NCBI GenBank assembly: GCA_964606725.1
Contig: CAZSHR010000007.1
Span: 6,326-30,325 of the forward strand
Length of the DNA: 24,000 bases
Reading direction: 5' to 3'
Source of the DNA: an uncultured Coxiella sp.
Lineage (GTDB): Bacteria; Pseudomonadota; Gammaproteobacteria; Coxiellales; Coxiellaceae
The notes under the pieces were generated by a model. It worked only from the letters and a program-made list of their open reading frames with translations. It was not told the DNA's origin and searched no databases. Positions within the stretch are counted from its first letter, which is position 1, and each line of letters opens with the position of its first letter. Positions 1 to 9,629 of this stretch are shown here, in pieces. A program made the translations under genes and the position numbers.

Positions 1-242
1 CATACGGGCTGTTTAATCAAGAAACAATTACTTGTATTTTCTTGTTAAATCAAACAGTTACAAAATCAATACGTAAATACAGAGTATTTTATGTCGCTTG
101 ATAAAAAAAAATTCAGTATTTCTCGCAATAGACACCGAAATTTCATTGTTTTTTCTTGCTAAACACCGGATTTTCATAAATAACGTCTGTTCGGTGAAAA
201 ATTAACGTTGACAGGAGAGGAATGAGTTATTTTTACACACAA

Positions 243-360
243 ATCTGCCTATTGTCGCTTATTTTCAAAGCAACCGTTAGCCGCAGGATGCGGCGCTCGA
301 GCGAACCTACAGCGACGTATTAACGGCGTGTTGCGTAAAAATAAGCGACAATAGGCAGAT
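243..360. repeat. Perfect 23-bp inverted repeat (243-265 atctgcctattgtcgcttatttt / 338-360 aaaataagcgacaataggcagat) enclosing a 72-nt GC-rich, self-complementary core. MITE-like element or very long-stem terminator 14 nt downstream of the zapD stop.
   Basis: Arms read directly and are exact reverse complements. The core holds sub-hairpins gccgca-gga-tgcggc (280-294) and ccgtta/taacgg (274-279 / 321-326), and the palindrome cgctcgagcg. On the minus strand the stem is followed by tttgtgtgtaaaaat. Confidence 0.6.
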
Positions 361-373
361 AGCTGGTTGGAAA

Positions 374-1162
374 TTAAGCATAACAACAATGTAACTCAAA
401 AGGAAATTCATCTTCAAGTTTTTGCCCAGGCTCCAAAGCACGCTCAGTCTGCAACGCTTCAAAGCGTATCGAAAGACGATTTCTACTGATACTAACTCTG
501 GGATAAATGCCATAGGACACTGGTACAGTGATTCTCACCATGTGACAAGTAAGGTTGCTATCCAAAGACTGCTGATAAAAGGTATTATTCGCATTCACCA
601 AATGACTCACGGCACGATGACGCAATAACTGTAGAATATGGGAAACTGCTTCTTCTAATATCCGCAATTCCTCCAACCACTTCTGCATATCCTGACGCCG
701 TAACTCAGGCGACTGATGTAACCATAAAAGATAAGCCGGTGAGCTGAGTTGCGCACTACCAGGATGTTGTACCTGGGTTGGATGCTGCCTAATACTTTTC
801 AGAAAAGGGTCTTGTCGTAAACTATCCGCAATTTTACTGCGTCCACCATGATTTAATACATCTACCATACAATCCAAACGATGCAATAAGTTTTGTAACT
901 TATCTTGGTCAACTGCTGGCAATGCCTCTAATTGCACCAAACTATTCATCTGCTGCGACAAGCTTTGCGACAACTTGTTTTTTAAATCGGGCCGCTCGGT
1001 TAAATCTAAGAGACTAATCAATGTCTCCAAAGCCAACTGATCGCTTTGCTGCTCATCTCTTTGCAAATGGTGATTAAGCTGCTTAAAAAGCTGCTCTATA
1101 CGCAAATTTAAGCGCATCTGATCACTGAAGGGCTGCTCGTAGGTGATAACGTTGGTATCCAT
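374..1162 (-). CDS. zapD: Cell division protein ZapD (FtsZ-ring associated, YacF family)
   Basis: 262-aa ORF. The N-terminus YEQPFSDQMRLNLRIEQLFKQL parallels E. coli ZapD [22 protein letters not shown]. The C-terminal FELHCC matches the ZapD FELACC end. Length is as expected. Confidence 0.85.
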   Translation of the reverse strand: MDTNVITYEQPFSDQMRLNLRIEQLFKQLNHHLQRDEQQSDQLALETLISLLDLTERPDLKNKLSQSLSQQMNSLVQLEALPAVDQDKLQNLLHRLDCMVDVLNHGGRSKIADSLRQDPFLKSIRQHPTQVQHPGSAQLSSPAYLLWLHQSPELRRQDMQKWLEELRILEEAVSHILQLLRHRAVSHLVNANNTFYQQSLDSNLTCHMVRITVPVSYGIYPRVSISRNRLSIRFEALQTERALEPGQKLEDEFPFELHCCYA

Positions 1163-1326
1163 AGTGATTACTAACTAGACAATAACTAATCTTAGGCTAT
1201 TCTATCACGATACCTCAGTACAGAGAAAGGCCCATGTTCTCGGTAGCAACAAGTTCAGGTTGCGCCAGTCTAATTGCTTCATCAAAGACAATTGGCAGCG
1301 CTTAATTCAATGACAGCGGTTGCAAC

Positions 1327-1839
1327 TTACTCTGCAGTACTTTCCTGCACCACAGCTTTTATCACCACCACCGGCTCCAAGGGAACATCGGCATGTCCAT
1401 TGCGCTGACCTGTAGCAACTCGAGCAATGTTATCCACCACATCCATGCCCTCTACAACGTGAGCAAAAACACAATAGCCCCAACCTTGACTGTCTTTACG
1501 GCGAAAATCCAAGCAATCATTATCACGCAGATTAATAAAAAACTGCGACGTTGCTGAATCAGGATCATTAGTTCTAGCCATAGCCACACTGCCTCTCACA
1601 TTTGTACCGGCTTGATCAGCCTGATTAGCGATCGGGTCTTTGTTGGCTTTTTGCTGCATGGCTTTATCAAAACCACCTCCTTGTATCACAAAACCATTAA
1701 TCACACGATGAAAAATGGTGTTGTCATAAAAGCCTTCTTTAACATAACTTAAAAAATTCTCTGCCGTCTCGGGAACCTTATCAGTATCCAACGCCATTTT
1801 AATCGTTCCCAATGTGGTTTGAAAAATAATACTTGTCAT
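1327..1839 (-). CDS. ppiB: Cytoplasmic cyclophilin-type peptidyl-prolyl cis-trans isomerase (PpiB-like)
   Basis: 170 aa with no signal peptide. Motifs FHRVINGFVIQGGGF, ATSQFFINL and GWGYCVFAHVVEGMDVVD are near-identical to E. coli PpiB. SD GAGGAG lies 7 nt upstream of the ATG and overlaps the purL stop. Confidence 0.9.
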   Translation of the reverse strand: MTSIIFQTTLGTIKMALDTDKVPETAENFLSYVKEGFYDNTIFHRVINGFVIQGGGFDKAMQQKANKDPIANQADQAGTNVRGSVAMARTNDPDSATSQFFINLRDNDCLDFRRKDSQGWGYCVFAHVVEGMDVVDNIARVATGQRNGHADVPLEPVVVIKAVVQESTAE

Positions 1840-1850
1840 AATAGTTCTCC

Positions 1851-4800
1851 TCAGTTAACAAATTCGTAGGCATTATAAAATAACTTCATCCAAGGGCTAT
1901 TTTCCTGCCATTCTTGCGGATGCCAAGACATCTGCACACTTCTAAACACTCGCTCAGGATGCGGCATCATGATAGTGATGCGTCCATCCTGATTCGTCAA
2001 TGCAGCAATGCCATCCACACTACCATTAGGATTAGCCGGATAATCCAAAGTTACTTGATGCTGATTATCAACATAATGCATGCCAATTAATTGCTGCGCC
2101 AGTATTTCTTGTAAATTATTCTCTTGTGCAAAAGCCACACGCCCTTGGGCATGTGACACAACCACAGGAATAACTGCCTCTGCCATATCACGCAAGACAA
2201 CCGAAGGCGAATGGGCGATTTTCACTAACGATAAGCGTGCCTCAAATTGCTCCGACTGATTGGCTAAAAAAGCAGGCCAATGTGAGGCGCCAGGAATAAT
2301 CTCACGCAAGCCGCTTAGCATCTGACAACCATTACACATGCCGACAGTCACCGTATCTTGGCGTTGAAAAAAAGCGGCAAATTCATCCCGCGCCTGTGCA
2401 TGCATTAAAATCGACTGCGCCCAGCCTCGCCCTGCACCCAAGACATCACCATAGGAAAATCCCCCACAGGCAGCCAAGGCTTTAAAATCACTTAAGCGCT
2501 GTCTTCCCGCGAGAATATCACTCATATGCACATCAACACTGGTAAATCCAGCACGATCAAACGCAGCTGCCATTTCTACATGACCATTAACGCCCTGCTC
2601 TCGTAAAATGGCAACCTTGGGCTTGATACCACGCTGAATCACTGGCGCCAAATCAAAGTCAAAATTAACGCGGGCATTCAAGCCAACATCATCCGTATTT
2701 AACAACGCATCAAACTCTTGCTGTGCACAAGGTGGATAATCTCTTAAGCGTTGCAATTCATAACTGTTTTGTGACCACCAGCGTTGCAAATTAACTCGTG
2801 ATTCTTGATAGAAACATTCACGATTACTTGTTAGCCGTAATTGATCCTGATGATTTAACACCCCAATGTCATGACAATAGGCTTGCAACTGATAATACGA
2901 TAGAATAGTCATGACTTTATCCATATCATCCGCTTTTACTTGAATAACCGCGCCTAGCTCTTCCGCAAACAGACTGGCAATGGCATCCGCTCCTAACGCG
3001 TCTAGATTAATATCCACGCCTACATGAGCAGCAAACATCATTTCACACAAAGTCGCTAACAAACCACCATCGGAGCGATCATGATAAGCGAATATTAGCT
3101 GTTGGCGGTTTAATTCTTGGATGGCATTAAAAAACTGCCCCAATAACTGGGGATCATCTAAATCCGGCGGTCTATCACCTAAGGTATTATAAACTTGTGC
3201 TAACACCGAAGCGCCTAACAGGTTAGCTCCTTTGCCTAAGTCAAGCAGCAATAAGCGCGTTTCACCCACATCTTGACGCAACTGTGGCGTTAAGGTTGAA
3301 CGTACATCGACCACATTGGCAGCCGCACTGATGATTAAAGATAAAGGCGCTGTTACCGCATGGGTGCTAGCATTTTGCTGCCAACTTGTACGCATAGACA
3401 AGGAATCTTTGCCCACTGGAATAACCACATTCAGCGCTGGACAGATTTCCATCGCTACGGTTTGTACCGCATCATACAGCCCTGCTGCCTCACCTGGATA
3501 ATCTGCCGCTGCCATCCAATTAGCGGATAAAACTATATCACTAATGTCATCAATAGCGGCTGAGGCAATGTTGGTAATTGCTTCTGCCAAGGCCATACGC
3601 GCTGAAGCAGCATGATGTAATAACGCAATCGGAGGACGCTCTCCCATTGCGATGGCTTGTCCCGTCACGGCATCAAAACTATCGGTGGTTACGCCACAAT
3701 CGGCAACAGGTACCTGCCAAGGCCCCACTAACTGATCACGAGATACCATACCGCCCACACTTCTATCACCAATGGTAATCAGGAAATTTTTACTGGCAAC
3801 ACAAGGGTATTGCAATACCCGCTTGATCGCCTCTGCCAAGTCAATGGTATCTGTTGCAAATTTTTGATAAGCCGGTGCCGCATGTTCATCAGAACAAGAT
3901 AAAGCGGGCATTTCATCAAACAGAACAGACAGCGGTAAATCAATGGGTTGATTATTAAAATGCGGGTCTTGCAAACGCAAATCAGGATTTTCGCTTGCCT
4001 GACCAATCACCGCAAAAGGACAACGCTCACGTTTTGCAATTACAGTAAAAAATTCCAAGGCATGCGGCTTAATAGCCAAGACATAACGCTCTTGCGCCTC
4101 ATTACACCAAATCGCTAAAGGAGACATTTGCGGCTCAACATTAGGAATCGCTCGTAGATTAAATGCTGCACCCAAATCGCAAGCATGAACCAACTCTGGC
4201 AGAGCATTGGATAAACCACCGGCTCCAACATCGTGAATCGATAAAATTGGGTTATCTTGCCCTAAAGCACAACAGGCATTAATCACCTCTTGAGCACGAC
4301 GTTGCATCTCGGGATTAGCGCGTTGCACCGAAGCAAAATCCAAGCTCTCTTGCCCCTCACAGTGTTGCCGCGAAGAAGCCGACCCTCCTCCTAAACCAAT
4401 CGACATCGCCTCACCCCCCAACACAATCAGAGGAACACCGGAAAATAACGTTTTTTTCTCAACATGAGCAGGACGAATATGACCGATACCACCGGCTATC
4501 ATAATCGGTTTATGATAGCCGCGATGCACCTCACCATATTGACTGCTCAAGCGCATTTCAAAGCTGCGAAAGTATCCCAAAATATTAGGACGTCCAAACT
4601 CATTATTAAAAGATGCTGCACCAATCGGTGCCTGCAACATAATATCCAGCGCACAAGCCACATGCGGTGGCTTAGGGTTGGCCATCTCCCAAGGTTGCGG
4701 TAAATCAGGAATCCGTAAATGTGATACGCTAAAACCACATAAGCCTGCCTTGGCTTGCGCACCGCATCCGGTAGCCGCTTCATCACGAATTTCACCCCCA

Positions 4801-5747
4801 GAGCCAGTTGCAGCACCGGCAAAAGGCGAAATGGCTGTGGGATGATTATGCGTTTCTACTTTTAATACATAAGGCGTTTGTTCATATTGCTTTTGATAGA
4901 CATGGGTTTGCGGATCAATCACGAAACGATGCACAGGCGTTGTGGTAGCGACCACAGCCGCATTATCACTATAAGCAACCAAGACTTTATCGGGATAGTG
5001 TTGATAGGTATGACGAATCATTTGAAACAAAGAGACTTCTTTTGCCTGCTGATCAATCGTCCAGTTGGCATTAAAAATTTTATGACGACAATGCTCAGAA
5101 TTCACTTGCGCAAACATCATTAATTCTACATCAGTGGGATTACGCCCTAGGCGCTGATAAGCGGCTAACAAATAATTCAGCTCCGACTCTGACAGTGACA
5201 AACCCATGTGCTCATTAGCACTAAGCAGTGCTGACAAGCCTTGCTCAAGCAGCGGAATATCCGCCAAGGGTTGAGGTTCTCCATGCCTAAACAAGGTTTT
5301 TAATTCATCAAAATCATAAATAATACTTTGCGTGAGCGGATCATAAACGGTCTGATGCAATAAGGACTTAACCGCTTGCAATTGCGCATAAGAGACACCG
5401 GATAATACAAAACGCATTCCCTGTTCTAAACGCAGGATCGCATCCAAGCCACAAATATGGGCAATATCGGTGGCTTTACTGGACCAAGGAGAAATAACAC
5501 CAATACGCGGCGTCACCCAAAAAACCACTGCAGACTCATCCTGCGGCGCCTCGGATAATACTGCTTGATTCAGCAACTGACGCAGACGTGGTTTCTCATC
5601 CGATTGCAACGGTCGCTTTACCTGCACCCAGTAATCATGATAAACCGCAAGCTTACACAAAGCAGGCAGAAAACGCTTAATGGCTTGATACAGTTGTTCG
5701 CATCGATAATCCGTTAATGCGCTATGGCCTTGTAAATAATGCATCAC
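1851..5747 (-). CDS. purL: Phosphoribosylformylglycinamidine synthase, large single-chain form (FGAM synthase)
   Basis: 1298 aa. The N-terminus MMHYLQGHSALTDYRCEQL resembles E. coli MMEILRGSPALSAFRINKL. It has an FGAM synthase core (ETHNHPTAISPFAGAATGSGGEIRD) and a C-terminal glutaminase domain (GMCNGCQM, HPER). Confidence 0.95.
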   Translation of the reverse strand: MMHYLQGHSALTDYRCEQLYQAIKRFLPALCKLAVYHDYWVQVKRPLQSDEKPRLRQLLNQAVLSEAPQDESAVVFWVTPRIGVISPWSSKATDIAHICGLDAILRLEQGMRFVLSGVSYAQLQAVKSLLHQTVYDPLTQSIIYDFDELKTLFRHGEPQPLADIPLLEQGLSALLSANEHMGLSLSESELNYLLAAYQRLGRNPTDVELMMFAQVNSEHCRHKIFNANWTIDQQAKEVSLFQMIRHTYQHYPDKVLVAYSDNAAVVATTTPVHRFVIDPQTHVYQKQYEQTPYVLKVETHNHPTAISPFAGAATGSGGEIRDEAATGCGAQAKAGLCGFSVSHLRIPDLPQPWEMANPKPPHVACALDIMLQAPIGAASFNNEFGRPNILGYFRSFEMRLSSQYGEVHRGYHKPIMIAGGIGHIRPAHVEKKTLFSGVPLIVLGGEAMSIGLGGGSASSRQHCEGQESLDFASVQRANPEMQRRAQEVINACCALGQDNPILSIHDVGAGGLSNALPELVHACDLGAAFNLRAIPNVEPQMSPLAIWCNEAQERYVLAIKPHALEFFTVIAKRERCPFAVIGQASENPDLRLQDPHFNNQPIDLPLSVLFDEMPALSCSDEHAAPAYQKFATDTIDLAEAIKRVLQYPCVASKNFLITIGDRSVGGMVSRDQLVGPWQVPVADCGVTTDSFDAVTGQAIAMGERPPIALLHHAASARMALAEAITNIASAAIDDISDIVLSANWMAAADYPGEAAGLYDAVQTVAMEICPALNVVIPVGKDSLSMRTSWQQNASTHAVTAPLSLIISAAANVVDVRSTLTPQLRQDVGETRLLLLDLGKGANLLGASVLAQVYNTLGDRPPDLDDPQLLGQFFNAIQELNRQQLIFAYHDRSDGGLLATLCEMMFAAHVGVDINLDALGADAIASLFAEELGAVIQVKADDMDKVMTILSYYQLQAYCHDIGVLNHQDQLRLTSNRECFYQESRVNLQRWWSQNSYELQRLRDYPPCAQQEFDALLNTDDVGLNARVNFDFDLAPVIQRGIKPKVAILREQGVNGHVEMAAAFDRAGFTSVDVHMSDILAGRQRLSDFKALAACGGFSYGDVLGAGRGWAQSILMHAQARDEFAAFFQRQDTVTVGMCNGCQMLSGLREIIPGASHWPAFLANQSEQFEARLSLVKIAHSPSVVLRDMAEAVIPVVVSHAQGRVAFAQENNLQEILAQQLIGMHYVDNQHQVTLDYPANPNGSVDGIAALTNQDGRITIMMPHPERVFRSVQMSWHPQEWQENSPWMKLFYNAYEFVN

Positions 5748-5758
5748 GATAACGAGTG

Positions 5759-6448
5759 TTACTCCACAGAAATCAGTTCAACTTTAAAAATCAACACCTG
5801 GTTAGGGCCAATATTCGGTACATTGTGATTTCCATAAGCTAAATCAGCCGGAATATACAATTCCCAAACCGCTCCTGGCTGCATCAGTTGTAATGCTTGC
5901 TGCCACCCTTTAATGACCTGATCTACTACAAATGTTGTGGGTTTACCACGGCTATAAGAGCTATCAAAAACATTGCCATTAATCGTCTTACCTTCATAAT
6001 TCACCGTAACGCTTTGATCAGCTTTAGGTGACTGCCCCTTGCCTTTAACCAGTACCTTGTATTGCAGGCCGCTTTTTAAAGTAACCACATTCGGCTGTTG
6101 CTTATTTTTAGCTAAAAATTCTTGCCCCATGCGCAAATTATCTTGTGCCAGTTGATCCAGTGCTGCACCATTACTTTGCTGTTGTTCACCTTCCAAGCGT
6201 TGCAATAGCTCACGCGCTTGGGTTTCTGTTAACTGCAAAGGGCTGTCATTCATTACATCACTAAAACCCTCAATAAATTGCGGCAAATCAACAGTAATCT
6301 GCTGCTCACGAAACGTTTTAGCTGCCATCATGCCAATGGCATAACTTAATTTTTCTTGGTCTGTGGCTAAAGAAACCGGCTGAGCTTGCGCAAAGCTTGC
6401 AGAAAATACCGCACACAATAGCGGCATCATAAAACGTTTATTTTTCAT
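5759..6448 (-). CDS. mip: Secreted FKBP-type peptidyl-prolyl isomerase of the Mip (macrophage infectivity potentiator) family
   Basis: 229 aa. N-terminal signal peptide MKNKRFMMPLLCAVFSASFAQA, a long helical dimerisation/linker region, and a C-terminal FKBP domain (GLQYKVLVKGKGQSP, VTVNYEGKTINGNVFDSSY, VIKGWQQAL, LIFKVELISV). It aligns with Legionella and Coxiella Mip as I recall them. Confidence 0.85.
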   Translation of the reverse strand: MKNKRFMMPLLCAVFSASFAQAQPVSLATDQEKLSYAIGMMAAKTFREQQITVDLPQFIEGFSDVMNDSPLQLTETQARELLQRLEGEQQQSNGAALDQLAQDNLRMGQEFLAKNKQQPNVVTLKSGLQYKVLVKGKGQSPKADQSVTVNYEGKTINGNVFDSSYSRGKPTTFVVDQVIKGWQQALQLMQPGAVWELYIPADLAYGNHNVPNIGPNQVLIFKVELISVE

Positions 6449-6462
6449 AATGGGTTCTCCTA

Positions 6463-9400
6463 TTATTCTTCCATCGCCATTAAACTCGCATTACCGCCAA
6501 CAGCGGTAGTATCAACAGTTAAGGTACTCTCTTGGCACAGTCGCGGCAAATAATGTGGCCCACCTGCTTTAGGCCCTGTGCCCGATAAACCACTACCACC
6601 AAAAGGCTGCACACCAACCACAGCACCAATGGTATTGCGATTAACATAGGTGTTACCGACTTCGATACGGTCTTGCAAATAGTCAATTGTGGTATTGATG
6701 CGACTTTGAATACCAAAGGTCAAGCCATAGCCCAAGCTGTTAATTTCATCCACTACCTTGGCTAAGTCACTAGCTCGATAGCGTAGTACATGTAACATCG
6801 GGCCAAATACTTCGCGTTTTAATAAGTTAAGCGCTGGTAATTCAAAAGCTTGTGGTGCAACAAAATGGCCACAACGAGTGGCTTGTTCCGATAACGATAC
6901 TTGATAAATAAGACGCGCTTCACGACGCATGCGCTCAGCATGGGTGAGCAAAATCGTTTTGGCATTTTCATCGATGACTGGCCCCACATCAGTGCATAAC
7001 AGTAGCGGATTACCCACCGATAATTCTGCCATGGCACCAGAGAGCATCTGCATAACATGATCGGCAATATCTTCTTGTAAATACAACACACGTAGAGCAG
7101 AACAGCGCTGACCGGCACTGCCAAACGCTGAACTGAGCACATCCCGTATCAGTTGCTCAGGCAAAGCAGTTGAGTCAGCAATCATCGCATTCATACCGCC
7201 GGTTTCTGCAATCAAAGGCAAAATAGCACCAGAGCGATTTGCCAAAGATACGGCGATACCACGCGCTGTCTCGGTAGAGCCGGTAAACATCACGCCCGCT
7301 AAGCGAGGATGCTGCACCAAAGCAGCACCAATGGTCTCACCACGACCCAACACTAACTGTAATACATTTTCAGGTAAACCGGCTTGGTAGAATAACTTCA
7401 CAGCCAAAGCAGCAATCAATGGCGTTTGCTCTGCTGGTTTAGCCACCACCGTATTACCGGCAACTAAAGCCGCAACCACTTGTCCGGTAAAAATCGCTAA
7501 AGGAAAGTTCCAAGGACTAATGCAAAGAATCACACCGCGCCCACGCATTCTCAAGGCATTATATTCACCCGTTGGTCCAGGCAAGACGGTTTCTGTTAAA
7601 ACTCGTTCGGCTTGGCTCGCATAATAACGGCAAAAATCAATGGCCTCTCTCACCTCAGCATTAGCATCATGCAAGGTTTTTCCAGCCTCATTGACCGCCA
7701 AATACATTAGTTCACTTTTGTGAGATTCCAACAAATCGGCCATGTGACGCAATATCTCGGCACGCTTTTCCACCGCAGTACGTGTCCAACTAGGATAAGC
7801 ATCCGCTGCAACCTGCATCGCCTTATCCACATCATCGATGTGTGCCTCTTCAACGTGACCCACCACCTGCTGCGTATCGGCAGGGTTATAGACGGCTGTT
7901 GTATCGCTTGCTTGACGTAGAAAAGAAGCGGCAGTCCATTTTTGCTGTGCGGCTCTGGCAAAACCTTCAGCTAAACTCTGTTGCGCCAAGATATTACTCA
8001 AATCCAGCCCTTCTGAATTCAGGCGTGACTCACCATACAAATGAGCAGGCAAAGGAATACGTGGATTAAAAATTGTTTCATGAGCGCGGGTAATGGCAAT
8101 GGGGCTAGCAACCAATTGCTCTATCGGTGTTTTTGCATCAGCAATGCGATTAACAAAAGAGCTATTTGCACCATTTTCTAGTAAACGCCGCACCAAATAG
8201 GGTAATAAATCTTTATGTGAGCCTACAGGCGCATAAATACGGCAAGGAAAATTAAAGGCTTTACTCACAATCTCATCATGCAAAGCCCGCCCCATGCCTT
8301 GTAAGCTTTGAAACTCAAGATGATGCTGTTTTTTATTTTCTGCCAATAAAGTTAAAATCGCCGCAACTGAGTAGGCATTGTGGGTAGCGAATTGCGGATA
8401 AATTGCCTCTTGTGCTAATAACATTTTTTTAGCACAGGCTAAATAACTCAAATCGGTATTAGACTTACGAGTGAATACCGGATAATTCACAAACCCTTCG
8501 ACTTGACTGAGCTTGATTTCTGTATCCCAATAAGCCCCTTTAACTAAACGCACTTGAATACGCTTCTTATATCTTCTGGATAAATCAATGAGCCAATCAA
8601 TAAATGCAAAAGCGCGTTTTTGATAAGCCTGCATCGCTAACCCTAAGCCTTCCCAATTGGCAAAATCAGAGTCTGCAAAAATCGCCTCGATAATATCTAA
8701 GGACATTTCCAAACGATCCGCTTCCTCAGCATCAATGGTGAAGCTAATGCCATGCTCTTTGGCATGAAGCACCAGTTTTTTCACACGCTGAATTAGATAA
8801 GGAACCACTACCTCACGCTGACTATACTCATAACGCGGATGCAGCGCTGATAATTTCACCGAAATACTGGGGTTTTTTGTCACATCCTCAGAATCAGCGT
8901 ACCCCCCAATCGCTGTAATTGCATCAAAATAGGCTTTAAAATACCGATCTGCATCGGCTTGTGTGCGTGCCGCTTCACCTAACATATCGTAAGAAAAACA
9001 ATACCCTCGTTTTCTCATATCCACAGAGGCTTTGAGTGCCGCATGAATATCCTGACCAATTACAAATTGTTTGCTCAGAATTTTCATCGCCTCACGTACC
9101 GCTTTACGAATCACCGGCTCACCGCTATGACGCAGCAATTTCTGCCAAATTGATTTAAAATAGGTACCTGGACTGACCTGACTTTGCAGAATCTTGCCCG
9201 ATAAGGCTAAGCCCCAAGTTGCCATATTCACAAATGCCGACTCACTGTCGCCAATGTGTTTATTCCATTGGGCGCTGGTGAGCTTATCCTTCAATAACAA
9301 CCGTTCAGTTTCTTTATCTGGCACCCGCAGCAAGGCCTCAGCTAAACACATCATCAATACGCCCTCTTCCATAGAAAGGTCGTACTGCAACATAAATGCT

Positions 9401-9612
9401 TCAATCACATTACGTTCGGTATTGTGCTCACGGACAGACTGGACCAGCTCAACCGCAAGCTGATGAACGGTGTTTTCCGTAGTGGAAGAAAAATCCAGAT
9501 ATTCTAGCAGATGTCTTACCGCCTCTTTCTCATCCATGCGATAAGCCTGATTCAACACCTGTCGTAATTTGCTTGGCTCTGGCAATCCTTGTCGATAAAA
9601 AGGTAATGTCAT
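6463..9612 (-). CDS. putA: Bifunctional proline dehydrogenase / delta-1-pyrroline-5-carboxylate dehydrogenase PutA (no N-terminal DNA-binding domain)
   Basis: The ORF track gives 1056 aa from a TTG at 9633. I prefer the ATG at 9612 (MTLPFYRQG, 1049 aa), preceded by GAGAG 7 nt upstream. It has a PRODH barrel region and an aldehyde dehydrogenase domain (ISPWNFPLAIF, ETGGMNAMI, GQRCSALR). Confidence 0.9.
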   Translation of the reverse strand: MTLPFYRQGLPEPSKLRQVLNQAYRMDEKEAVRHLLEYLDFSSTTENTVHQLAVELVQSVREHNTERNVIEAFMLQYDLSMEEGVLMMCLAEALLRVPDKETERLLLKDKLTSAQWNKHIGDSESAFVNMATWGLALSGKILQSQVSPGTYFKSIWQKLLRHSGEPVIRKAVREAMKILSKQFVIGQDIHAALKASVDMRKRGYCFSYDMLGEAARTQADADRYFKAYFDAITAIGGYADSEDVTKNPSISVKLSALHPRYEYSQREVVVPYLIQRVKKLVLHAKEHGISFTIDAEEADRLEMSLDIIEAIFADSDFANWEGLGLAMQAYQKRAFAFIDWLIDLSRRYKKRIQVRLVKGAYWDTEIKLSQVEGFVNYPVFTRKSNTDLSYLACAKKMLLAQEAIYPQFATHNAYSVAAILTLLAENKKQHHLEFQSLQGMGRALHDEIVSKAFNFPCRIYAPVGSHKDLLPYLVRRLLENGANSSFVNRIADAKTPIEQLVASPIAITRAHETIFNPRIPLPAHLYGESRLNSEGLDLSNILAQQSLAEGFARAAQQKWTAASFLRQASDTTAVYNPADTQQVVGHVEEAHIDDVDKAMQVAADAYPSWTRTAVEKRAEILRHMADLLESHKSELMYLAVNEAGKTLHDANAEVREAIDFCRYYASQAERVLTETVLPGPTGEYNALRMRGRGVILCISPWNFPLAIFTGQVVAALVAGNTVVAKPAEQTPLIAALAVKLFYQAGLPENVLQLVLGRGETIGAALVQHPRLAGVMFTGSTETARGIAVSLANRSGAILPLIAETGGMNAMIADSTALPEQLIRDVLSSAFGSAGQRCSALRVLYLQEDIADHVMQMLSGAMAELSVGNPLLLCTDVGPVIDENAKTILLTHAERMRREARLIYQVSLSEQATRCGHFVAPQAFELPALNLLKREVFGPMLHVLRYRASDLAKVVDEINSLGYGLTFGIQSRINTTIDYLQDRIEVGNTYVNRNTIGAVVGVQPFGGSGLSGTGPKAGGPHYLPRLCQESTLTVDTTAVGGNASLMAMEE

Positions 9613-9629
9613 AGGTTTACTCTCAATTT

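Noticed and set aside
243-360. The structured 118-nt element as a tRNA, tmRNA or other classical RNA gene
   Set aside because: There is no cloverleaf geometry and no T-loop (GTTCRANYC) or D-loop consensus. A 23-bp perfect outer stem is incompatible with a tRNA.
307-628. 68-aa ORFs at 307-513 (-) and 422-628 (+)
   Set aside because: One overlaps zapD in another frame and runs into the inverted repeat; the other is antisense to zapD. Neither has an SD or a recognisable motif. They are typical spurious shadow ORFs.
3316-5123. Six short ORFs (61-91 aa) nested in or antisense to purL
   Set aside because: They lie entirely inside a confidently identified 1298-aa gene. Their composition is low-complexity or odd (Cys/Arg/His rich), and they have no start context.
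6519-9463. Short ORFs nested in or antisense to putA (6519-6716, 6819-7142, 7707-7961, 7720-7920, 7842-8069, 9194-9463)
   Set aside because: Shadow ORFs of a long conserved gene, with no independent support.
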